This document shows, one piece after another, positions 1 through 8,054 of a stretch of 17,290 nt of DNA (position 1 is its first letter; each line of letters opens with the position of its first letter). The stretch comes from Arcobacteraceae bacterium (GTDB taxonomy: Bacteria > Campylobacterota > Campylobacteria > Campylobacterales > Arcobacteraceae), in the NCBI GenBank assembly GCA_048268245.1, contig JBLWVX010000044.1:1-17290 (forward strand), in the 5' to 3' direction. The position numbers and the translations under genes are program-made. The notes under the pieces are model-generated. The model saw only the letters and a list, made by a program, of their open reading frames with translations, was not told the origin of the DNA and ran no database searches.

Positions 1-100
1 TGTAAAGAAATTTATACTACAGATGAAGTGAAAATATACTACATTTTAGAAAGATTTCTTATTTTTATTTTTAAAAATCCCTATTTTAAGGGCTTATAGC

Positions 101-442
101 TTATTCCATTTCAAGGGACATTAAATACATATCCTCACCATCAAGGACTTTTATATCCGTGCTATCGCACTTTGGACAGGAAAATTCATTTTTTTCAAGT
201 TCTGATTGAGTATTACAATTATGACACTCAATCATTATTTTTTGAATATTCATAATAAAGTCAGCATTATGACAAATGGTATGCTCTTTAAAAGTATCAA
301 AAGCTGTTTTCAATAAATCAGGTTCAACTCCTGATAAAACACCGATTTTTACTACTACTTTTGTAACTTCTTTTGCTTCATTTTGTTTTGCATGCTCTTC
401 GCATGACTCTAGTAAGGATTGAACTATACTATATTCGTGCAT
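101..442 (-). CDS. hypA: hydrogenase maturation nickel metallochaperone HypA
   Basis: N-terminal MHE Ni-binding motif, two CxxC zinc-finger motifs (CHNC, CPKC), 113 aa, last gene of the hyp cluster. Confidence 0.96.
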   Translation of the reverse strand: MHEYSIVQSLLESCEEHAKQNEAKEVTKVVVKIGVLSGVEPDLLKTAFDTFKEHTICHNADFIMNIQKIMIECHNCNTQSELEKNEFSCPKCDSTDIKVLDGEDMYLMSLEME

Positions 443-549
443 TAATATTTCCTTTAAAAGTGTCCCACTTTGAAAGGGACCTATTTCATTTTATGTCTTC
501 TTTTTTAGCACAAAAATAAATTCTGTTAAAAAGAAGCAAAAAACTAAAG

Positions 550-567
550 AGTGCATAGAAATGCACT
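550..567 (-). terminator. stem-loop between hypE and hypA (possible terminator or mRNA-stability hairpin)
   Basis: agtgcat-agaa-atgcact 7-bp inverted repeat just after the hypE stop, followed by a T-rich run on the minus strand. Confidence 0.4.
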
Positions 568-572
568 TAGTT

Positions 573-1568
573 CTAACAAATTCTAGGAAGTAGTTCACCT
601 GTTGGTAACTCTAAAAATCTTTTAGTTCCCCAAGGGCTGTTTAAAACTACTTTTTTATCATACTGTTTTGTAACATCTGCAATTATAGAAGCATTTGAGC
701 TATTTTCAAAAGCTTTTAAAACTTCTATTGCTTTTTGTGCATCTTCTTTTTTTACAGCCAATACAAAAGTTCCTTCATTTGCTAAACTCATAGCCTCAAA
801 GCCTAAAAGCTCACATAAACCTTTAACCTCATCTTTTACAGGAACTGATTCTTCATTTACTTCAATACACACATCAGATTGAACTGCCCATTCATTTAAA
901 ACAGCACTTAGTCCACCTCTTGTAGCATCCCTTAAAGCTGTTATGTTTATGTTTTCTTTTATTAAAGCTTCAACTTGTGGCCATAAAGAAGCACAATCAC
1001 TTTTCAAATCAGTATTCATATCCATACCTTCTCTTGAAGCAAAAATAGTAGCCCCATGAGCTCCAATATCACGACTTACAATAATTACATCATCAGTAGA
1101 TACTTTATTTGAACTAATACCCTCTTTTTGAACCTCACCTATTCCAGTTGTATTTATAAATATCTTATCAACACTACCTTTTGGCACTACCTTTGTATCA
1201 CCACTTACAACAGTAGCGCAATTTTTTTCAAGCTCTATTTTCATACTTTCAACAATAGTTTCTAACTTATCAATCTCAAAACCCTCTTCTATTATCACAG
1301 AACATGTAAGATATTTAGGTTTAGCACCCATCATTGCCAAGTCATTACAAGTTCCACAAATAGATAGTTTTCCGATATCAGCTCCATTGAAAAAAATAGG
1401 ACTTACAGTAAAAGAATCAGTTGTAAAAGCTAATCTTCCATTATCAATAATAGCAGCATCTTCACTTTTTGATAATATCTCATTTTCAAAAGCTTTATAA
1501 AATACTTTTGAGATTAACTCTTGATTTTCTGCTCCACCATTTCCATGGGCTAGTGTAACTTTTTTCAT
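573..1568 (-). CDS. hypE: hydrogenase maturation carbamoyl dehydratase HypE
   Basis: LAHGNGG start, TTDSFTVSP, GDTKVV and RDATRGG motifs, and the invariant C-terminal PRIC. Confidence 0.97.
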   Translation of the reverse strand: MKKVTLAHGNGGAENQELISKVFYKAFENEILSKSEDAAIIDNGRLAFTTDSFTVSPIFFNGADIGKLSICGTCNDLAMMGAKPKYLTCSVIIEEGFEIDKLETIVESMKIELEKNCATVVSGDTKVVPKGSVDKIFINTTGIGEVQKEGISSNKVSTDDVIIVSRDIGAHGATIFASREGMDMNTDLKSDCASLWPQVEALIKENINITALRDATRGGLSAVLNEWAVQSDVCIEVNEESVPVKDEVKGLCELLGFEAMSLANEGTFVLAVKKEDAQKAIEVLKAFENSSNASIIADVTKQYDKKVVLNSPWGTKRFLELPTGELLPRIC

Positions 1569-1584
1569 CTATTTCCTTTACTTT

Positions 1585-2712
1585 TTATTTTAAGAGATTA
1601 CCATATTTATAGTATGCAGCACATGCACCTTCACTACTTACCATACATGAACCTACTGGATTTGTTGGAGTACACACATTTCCAAATATTTTACAGTCAG
1701 TTGGTTTTGCCACACCTTTTAAAATCTCTGGACACTTACAAGCTTTATTCTCTTTTGGAGTCTCTTTTGGTAAGATTTTTTCATATATTATTTTTGCATT
1801 ATATTTATCAAATTCATCTTTTAAATCATATCCACTTAAAGGAACTTCTCCAACTCCTCTAAATTTAAATGTAACTTTCTTTAAATATGTATCAATCATC
1901 TCTTGAGCTTTTAGATTTCCTTCAAAAGAAACTAGTCTTTTATATTCAACCTCTAAATCACTTCTATTTTCAACAAACTGTTTTATAAGCATATGAATAG
2001 ACTGCATAACATCAACAGGTTCAAAACCACTTACTACAACTGGTTTATTATATTGTTTAGGAAATGGCTCATAGATTTTTGAACCACTTATTACAGATAC
2101 ATGAGAAGGTCCTAAAAAAGCATCTATTTTACAATCATCACTTTGAACTAGAACTTCCATAACTTCTGGAACAGTTACATGATTTACATGGAAATATAAA
2201 TTCTTTATATCTTTAGCTATTACTGTTTTTAAAAGTGAACATGTCATAGGAGTTGTTGTTTCAAAACCAATAGCAAAAAACACTACTATTTTAGATGGAT
2301 TTTCATCTGCAATTTTAATACAGTCCATAGGTGAATATACAAATCTTACATCAGCACCTTTACTTCTTGCATCTTGTAAACTTCCATTACTGCCAGGAAC
2401 TTTTATCATATCTCCCAATGTAACTAAAATAATATCTTCTTGCATAGCAAGTGCATATGCACTATCAATTTTATCTTTAGGCATTACACATACAGGACAT
2501 CCTGGTCCATGAATAAAGTTTATATTAGATGGAAGAAGTTGTGGAATTCCATACTTCATAATAGTATGAGTATGTCCTCCACAAACTTCCATAATATTTA
2601 TAGTTTTATCTAACTTACTTGCATCTTCTTCTATTAGCTTTGCATAAGCTTTCATAACCTCAGGGTTTCTAAATCCATCATATAAATCATTTAGTTCTAG
2701 TTCTTTTTCCAT
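1585..2712 (-). CDS. hypD: hydrogenase maturation Fe-S protein HypD
   Basis: MEVCGGHTH, GPGCPVC, GFETT, PSHVS and C-terminal CMVSSEGACAAYY motifs. Confidence 0.97.
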   Translation of the reverse strand: MEKELELNDLYDGFRNPEVMKAYAKLIEEDASKLDKTINIMEVCGGHTHTIMKYGIPQLLPSNINFIHGPGCPVCVMPKDKIDSAYALAMQEDIILVTLGDMIKVPGSNGSLQDARSKGADVRFVYSPMDCIKIADENPSKIVVFFAIGFETTTPMTCSLLKTVIAKDIKNLYFHVNHVTVPEVMEVLVQSDDCKIDAFLGPSHVSVISGSKIYEPFPKQYNKPVVVSGFEPVDVMQSIHMLIKQFVENRSDLEVEYKRLVSFEGNLKAQEMIDTYLKKVTFKFRGVGEVPLSGYDLKDEFDKYNAKIIYEKILPKETPKENKACKCPEILKGVAKPTDCKIFGNVCTPTNPVGSCMVSSEGACAAYYKYGNLLK

Positions 2713-2722
2713 AATTCTCTAC

Positions 2723-3004
2723 TTATCGATTAGGACAGTTTTCTGCCTCTTCTATTGCTGCAAGCCTGTCATTTTCTTCCATTTTATCTATGATTTCTTG
2801 ATAGACTTTTAATGACTCTAAAGCATCTTCCTCATCTATCTTATTCATAGCAAAACCTATATGTAATAATACATAATCCCCTATTTTTACAGGCTGATCT
2901 ATTAAATCTAAAGAAGCACTTCTTTCAACTCCCATAGTATCAACTACACAAGTGTTCATTTCTTCATCTATACTTTTAATCTTTGAAGGAATTGATAAAC
3001 ACAT
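2723..3004 (-). CDS. hypC: hydrogenase maturation chaperone HypC
   Basis: MCLSIP N-terminus and GDYVLLHIGFA motif; lies between hypB and hypD. Confidence 0.96.
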   Translation of the reverse strand: MCLSIPSKIKSIDEEMNTCVVDTMGVERSASLDLIDQPVKIGDYVLLHIGFAMNKIDEEDALESLKVYQEIIDKMEENDRLAAIEEAENCPNR

Positions 3005-3008
3005 AGCC

Positions 3009-3782
3009 TTATCTCATCTTTCTTTTAAATTCAATCCAATCAATAACTCTTTGAATTGATTCTTTGTCATTAATGTTTACTTCTAAAATATCAACATTTG
3101 GTTTTAGTTTTCTAGCCTCAGATTTCTCTTTTTCTACATCATATTGGAAGTGAGGAAGTAAATCTGTTTTAGTGATCAAAATCAAATCTGCACATCTGAA
3201 CATAACAGGATATTTAGCAATCTTATCTTCACCTTCAGGTACTGATACAAGTACAATATTTAAATGTGTTCCAACATCATAAGAAGCAGGACATACTAAG
3301 TTTCCAACATTTTCTACAAAACAAACATCTAAGTCATCTAAAGGCATATCATGTAAACCTTTATGAACCATAAATGCATCTAAGTGACAAGCTGAACCTG
3401 TTTGAATTTGAGTAGCCTTAATTCCTTTAGCTTTTAATCTATCTGCATCTCTGTTAGTTTCTAAATCACCTTCAACAACACCATATTTAAAGTTTGCTAA
3501 ATCAGACATATGCTCTAAAAGTGTAGTTTTACCACTTCCTGGACTTGACATTAGATTGATACCTAATACACCTTGTTTATCAAAATGGGCTCTGTTATGT
3601 GATGCCTCATGGTCATTTTTATCTAAAATCTTTTTTATTACTGATACTGTTTTACTATCATTTAACTGTGGATTATGATGTAAAGTTTCATGGGCAGCTT
3701 GATGACTTTGGCTATCTCTATGAGAGTGATCATGATCATGATGATGGTGGTCAGTTATTGAACATCCGCAATCTGTACACAT
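3009..3782 (-). CDS. hypB: hydrogenase nickel incorporation GTPase HypB
   Basis: N-terminal CxxCGC, His-rich tract, P-loop SSPGSGKT, CHLDA, ENVGNLVCP and TKTD motifs. Confidence 0.97.
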   Translation of the reverse strand: MCTDCGCSITDHHHHDHDHSHRDSQSHQAAHETLHHNPQLNDSKTVSVIKKILDKNDHEASHNRAHFDKQGVLGINLMSSPGSGKTTLLEHMSDLANFKYGVVEGDLETNRDADRLKAKGIKATQIQTGSACHLDAFMVHKGLHDMPLDDLDVCFVENVGNLVCPASYDVGTHLNIVLVSVPEGEDKIAKYPVMFRCADLILITKTDLLPHFQYDVEKEKSEARKLKPNVDILEVNINDKESIQRVIDWIEFKRKMR

Positions 3783-3925
3783 ATTTGTTCCTTTTATAAT
3801 CTATTTTATTTAATATGAATACTTATTCATTTTTATGTAGTTTAACTCAACTATTATAAATCTATTCTAATTTTATTTATTTCTTATGTATTTTTAGGAA
3901 AAATTAAGATATTTTTGACATATAA

Positions 3926-4254
3926 TTAAATTCTCAAGAACAATCTTTAGCAAATAAAACTACTGAAACTATGACAGAGATTGACAAAGAAGTTAATGCT
4001 ATTAATAAAGCAAATACTGTAAATGTAGCTGTTCAAACTGATAACATTGCTAAACTTGTAGTTGAAAACGCAAACTCAAAAGAGTTTGTAGGTAAAGATG
4101 AAGTTCAGGCAAAAGAATTAACTTCAAGCGATACTACAACAAGTAAAAAGTATGAAGTAGAAACTTCACCAAAACAAAATACAAATAATTCTAATTAACA
4201 ACTAAAGAGGTTAAAGACTCTTAAAATGATGAAGATGAATGGACAAGCTTTTAA
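3926..4254 (+). pseudogene. remnant of a methyl-accepting chemotaxis protein (C-terminal fragment)
   Basis: Frame reads LANKTTETMTEIDKEVNAINKA then NTVNVAVQTDNIAKLVVENANSKEFVGK, resembling the two flanks of an MCP signalling domain without the conserved tip. An out-of-frame NDEDEWTSF* (4225-4254) resembles the NWETF-type tether and follows an in-frame TAA. No sensor or TM region. Confidence 0.7.
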
Positions 4255-4261
4255 GCTTGTC
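4242..4261. terminator. inverted repeat at the end of the MCP remnant
   Basis: gacaagctt-tt-aagcttgtc perfect 9-bp inverted repeat overlapping the relic stop codon. Confidence 0.5.
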
Positions 4262-4287
4262 TTATAAACTATAACTTTGATAAAAAG

Positions 4288-4296
4288 TGTTAAAAT
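4288..4296 (+). promoter_or_regulatory. extended -10 promoter (TGnTAAAAT) for a probable leaderless transcript
   Basis: TGTTAAAAT ends 6 nt before the ATG at 4303; no Shine-Dalgarno sequence in between. Confidence 0.55.
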
Positions 4297-4302
4297 GTTT
4301 TT

Positions 4303-4938
4303 ATGAATTGTAAAAACTGCAACAATAACACTTTTTATCATATTGAAAAAAATTACATTAAATGCAAAAAATGCAATAAAAAATACTCACTAAAAAAACT
4401 ACATACTGATACTCTTATAATAAAAAACTTCTGTGATAATATAAATGCCAATGAATGTAGTAAACAATTAGACCTTAATTATCGTACTGTTAAAAATAGA
4501 TATGATAAGTTGAGATTTAAAATTGCTAAGTTTTTAGAAGAAGAGTATAACAAAAGTATAAAAGACTATAGTGATTATGAAGAGTATTACTACTTCAACA
4601 CAAAACAAAAGCAAAGCAAAAATAAATCCTTATATGAAGCTATAAATATTATGGGCTTTTATTTTGATGAAAAAGTTTATACCCTTTTAATGCCCAAACT
4701 ACCTAAAAGAAATAGTGAAGATACTGAACATTTTAAAGAGTATCTAAACTGGTATAAAATTCACTCTCAAGAATCATATAAAACTAGACTAAAAGAGTTT
4801 TGGCTTTTCTTAGAAGATAGCCTTAGAAAATACAAAGGCTTTAATCAAGACTATTTTTTTTACTATTTAAAAGAGTGTGAGTTTAAATTTAACTATACAA
4901 AAGAAGAGCAAATTAAAATCCTAAATAAGATATTTTAA
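4303..4938 (+). CDS. IS1595/ISXO2 transposase-like protein (Zn ribbon + HTH, catalytic core apparently eroded)
   Basis: N-terminal CKNC...CKKC zinc ribbon, HTH-like NANECSKQLDLNYRTVKNRY, C-terminal YLKECEFKFN resembling the IS1595 family terminal motif. Only 211 aa; no terminal inverted repeats seen. Confidence 0.65.
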   Translation: MNCKNCNNNTFYHIEKNYIKCKKCNKKYSLKKLHTDTLIIKNFCDNINANECSKQLDLNYRTVKNRYDKLRFKIAKFLEEEYNKSIKDYSDYEEYYYFNTKQKQSKNKSLYEAINIMGFYFDEKVYTLLMPKLPKRNSEDTEHFKEYLNWYKIHSQESYKTRLKEFWLFLEDSLRKYKGFNQDYFFYYLKECEFKFNYTKEEQIKILNKIF

Positions 4939-5334
4939 TTACTCCTTATCAAAACTATCTACAATAATTGCACCCATTGAAGCAGGCATTGTAATAACTA
5001 TCAATCTTTTTATAGCAATAATTGGCTCGGTTAGTAAAGGTAGTTTATCAATAGATATTAAAACTAAGGCTACAACTAAGGCTGATATTATATATGCAAT
5101 TATAATTCTTAATATAAAAACAAAAATCCTATGAACAACCTGCCCTTGAAAAACACTCTCATATGCAAAAAGTGCTAAAAAACTTACTGATAATATAAAT
5201 ACTAATGTAAGATTAGAAAAAGGAAGACTTTCACTAATTCTCCAAGCTTCTTCAGAAAATGAAATTGGTACAGCAAAAGCAAAAGAGCCTATTGCAATCT
5301 GCCCAATATCTTTCATATCAATATTTAAATTCAT
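4939..5334 (-). CDS. DUF2391-like integral membrane protein
   Basis: Four hydrophobic segments; GSFAFAVPISFSEEAW and PASMGAIIVD motifs recalled from this family. Confidence 0.7.
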   Translation of the reverse strand: MNLNIDMKDIGQIAIGSFAFAVPISFSEEAWRISESLPFSNLTLVFILSVSFLALFAYESVFQGQVVHRIFVFILRIIIAYIISALVVALVLISIDKLPLLTEPIIAIKRLIVITMPASMGAIIVDSFDKE

Positions 5335-5335
5335 T

Positions 5336-6160
5336 TTAAACCTTCACTTGGTTTTTACCATTACTTTTTGCTTCATAAAGAAGTTCATCTGCACTTTTAA
5401 TGATTTGTTCTTCATCTTTTTTAGAGTCCTCATTACTACTTACACCTATACTTACTGTAATTTTCATATCATCTGCATACTCTTTTTGAATATTTACTCT
5501 TATTTTATCAGCAATCTTAAAAGCATCATGTTTTTTTGTATCTGGAAAAATTACACTTAACTCCTCGCCTCCATACCTAAAAGCAATATCCATACTTCTA
5601 ATACTTTGTTTGATAATCTTTGAAATTTTTGTAAGAACCTCATCACCTTTTTGATGTCCATAAGTATCATTTACATCTTTAAAATCATCAATATCAATCA
5701 TTATAAAAGAAAAAGCACTATTTTTTCTTCTCGCTTTTTCAAAAACTTTTTTTATAAAAATATTTAAAACCTCTCTTTTATATAAAGAGGTTAACTCATC
5801 AATTGTTGCAATTTTTGAGATTGATTCAAACTCATCCTCTAACATAACTTTCATATCTTCTGTAATATTTTTTATGTTTTCTATATAATCTACACTTGCT
5901 ACATTTATCCCAACAGGTCTATTTAGAACCTTTTCTAAACTTTTCATATGCGTAACTAATCTATTCCAAGTATCTTTGGCTTCTTTTTCATCTAACTTCT
6001 TATGTATTAAAACAGATATGATTTTTGAATAAGGATTATTTATTCTTTTTGCAAACTCTTCAATACTATTAGCATTATAAGCTAGTTCATTAATCTTTTT
6101 AGTATCTAGATTTTCTAACTTTTCATTTTTTATAATTGTTTCAATCTGTTCACTACTCAT
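5336..6160 (-). CDS. GGDEF-domain diguanylate cyclase
   Basis: DELTSL, DIDDFKDVNDTYGHQKGD, RxxD I-site (RSMD), RYGGEEL active site, ADELLYEAK; soluble N-terminal domain. Confidence 0.93.
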   Translation of the reverse strand: MSSEQIETIIKNEKLENLDTKKINELAYNANSIEEFAKRINNPYSKIISVLIHKKLDEKEAKDTWNRLVTHMKSLEKVLNRPVGINVASVDYIENIKNITEDMKVMLEDEFESISKIATIDELTSLYKREVLNIFIKKVFEKARRKNSAFSFIMIDIDDFKDVNDTYGHQKGDEVLTKISKIIKQSIRSMDIAFRYGGEELSVIFPDTKKHDAFKIADKIRVNIQKEYADDMKITVSIGVSSNEDSKKDEEQIIKSADELLYEAKSNGKNQVKV

Positions 6161-6723
6161 TTATGTAACCTTTTTTATCTATTTTATAAACCAAAATTCT
6201 CATTAGTAATTTTATTCTTATTTGCATAAGAATTATCTAATTTAAGACTTTTTTTTAATAACTCTAAATAATAATTATGAATTGTATCAAATTCTGATTT
6301 AGGAGGTATTTCTTTTATACTACTAGCATTTAAAAAAACAAATTATCAATTTAAATCACTACAATAGTCTTTATATCTATTTTTGTTAATTATATCATTA
6401 ATATAAAAAAACAAAAAAAACAAGCTAAATTAACTGAAAAGATTGAATACCACAAAAAAACAATCAAATCTATTCCATGCAACAGAAAAAATAAGTTCAG
6501 GGAACCTTGACTTTAAAATAAAAGCAAGAAAATAAAGGTGTAGAGTTTACAATAAAAATAAATCTTAGTTAAAGAAATATGTATGTACAATATCTGCTAA
6601 TATATATAAAACCAATAATGAAAAAATCACTTTGTTTGTATTCATAAAAATTCCTTACTATATATTTTAGCAATTCTATATTAACTTTTCGTAAACAGTA
6701 AATACCTATAACACCGATGTTAG

Positions 6724-7770
6724 TTATATACTGTGTCGATTTTGTGCATTATCTGATATATCAAATAACACTCTTTTTTCTTTTCTTCTTGGAACATACT
6801 TATAATACTTTTGCAAAGTTATAGATGGATTTTTGTGTCTTAACATAAAACTTACCCATTCCAAACGCTCACCCATAGAAAGCTTCAAACTTGCAAAAGT
6901 ATGTCTAGTTTGATGAAAACCTCTATATTCAATATTTAAAGATTTTAAAATCTTTTTATAATAATATGTTAAATCACAAGTACTATTAAATCTATTTCCA
7001 CGAGCTGTATAAAAAACATATTCTCTTAATCCAGTTCGCTGTAATTGATTTTTTAAAAAAGGCAGTAACTCCTCAGGTAAATCTATAATAGCTTTAGAAC
7101 TAAAAGTCTTAGGTAAATCTTCAATACCATTCATTATAGTTTTATTAACATCTATTTCCATTTTTTTGAAATCAATATCAGTCCATTTTAAAGCTATGAT
7201 TTCCCCTGCTCTCATACCAGTAAGTAAAGCTACTGCAATTAAATTTTTAATATGTGAATCATAATTTAATAAAAGTTTTAACTCATCATAATTAAAAGGA
7301 TTTATCTCATATTTAGATTGGAATTTAGGATTAGATATTTCATTAAATGGATTACTTTTAATTACTCTATTTAACAATGATTCTTCAAATACATCTTTTA
7401 AAATTGCCTTAGCTATTCTAAGTGTACCAGTACAAGGTAAAAACTTATAAAAATCTTTTAGAAATAAAGGTGTAACTTCTACAACTGTAATATTTTTAAA
7501 GTATGGTTTTATTCTAGTTTTTAGAATAGAATTATAACTTCTTAAAGTACTATGTTTTAAAGTCTTACTTTTTTCTTCCATTACATTTTCACAATGTTCT
7601 ACTACACTAATTAAAGTATTATTGTTTATTCCAAATTTGTTAAAGAACTCATCATTTTTATAGTATGACTTAACTAATTTTCTATTATTTGTTGTATCTT
7701 CTAGTTTAGTTGATATTCTACGACCATTAATACGAACATATAATTTACCATTTCGATTATAAAATGTCAT
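6724..7770 (-). CDS. tyrosine recombinase / phage integrase
   Basis: Catalytic set: R (TGMRAGE), K (LPKT), HxxR (HQTRH), H (MLRH, where LGH is more usual), Y (KYYKY). N-terminal arm-binding-like and SAM-like regions. Confidence 0.93.
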   Translation of the reverse strand: MTFYNRNGKLYVRINGRRISTKLEDTTNNRKLVKSYYKNDEFFNKFGINNNTLISVVEHCENVMEEKSKTLKHSTLRSYNSILKTRIKPYFKNITVVEVTPLFLKDFYKFLPCTGTLRIAKAILKDVFEESLLNRVIKSNPFNEISNPKFQSKYEINPFNYDELKLLLNYDSHIKNLIAVALLTGMRAGEIIALKWTDIDFKKMEIDVNKTIMNGIEDLPKTFSSKAIIDLPEELLPFLKNQLQRTGLREYVFYTARGNRFNSTCDLTYYYKKILKSLNIEYRGFHQTRHTFASLKLSMGERLEWVSFMLRHKNPSITLQKYYKYVPRRKEKRVLFDISDNAQNRHSI

Positions 7771-8054
7771 GCGATTTCCCTTTTAAATTGTTCTATCGCA
7801 CTTTCTATAAATACTATTTTATGCTTACCTTGCTTAATTTCTTTTCTATAGTGAACATTTAGTTTAAATCTACCATCATTTATATAATTATAAATAGTTG
7901 GTGGTGTCTTATCTAAATATTCAGCTACATTTTTTACTTTTGTTAAATCTCTTTTTTTTCTAAGTTCTTGGTTTAACATTTGAACTTCTTTTTTTAACTC
8001 TATTACTTCATCTAATAAAGATGGTATTAAAGATAATGTTTCTTCTATTGTCAT
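7767..8054 (-). CDS. excisionase-like HTH DNA-binding protein
   Basis: VKNVAEYLDKTPPTIYNYINDGRF winged-HTH pattern after a short coiled coil; ATGA overlap with the integrase. Confidence 0.75.
   Translation of the reverse strand: MTIEETLSLIPSLLDEVIELKKEVQMLNQELRKKRDLTKVKNVAEYLDKTPPTIYNYINDGRFKLNVHYRKEIKQGKHKIVFIESAIEQFKREIA

Noticed and set aside
1..99. Plus-strand frame open from base 1 to TAG at 97-99, and a tatactaca direct repeat (13-21, 36-44)
   Set aside because: Too short and truncated by the window edge to call either a gene end or an operator.
1614..1862. 82-aa plus-strand ORF
   Set aside because: Antisense shadow of hypD with no recognisable features.
3599..3799. 66-aa plus-strand ORF
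   Set aside because: Antisense to the hypB 5' end; its DHDHDD stretch just mirrors the His tract.
3783..3925. Possible NikR/Fur operator upstream of hypB
   Set aside because: The region is so AT-rich that degenerate matches are uninformative; no clear dyad identified.
5348..5560. 70-aa plus-strand ORF
   Set aside because: Antisense shadow of the GGDEF gene.
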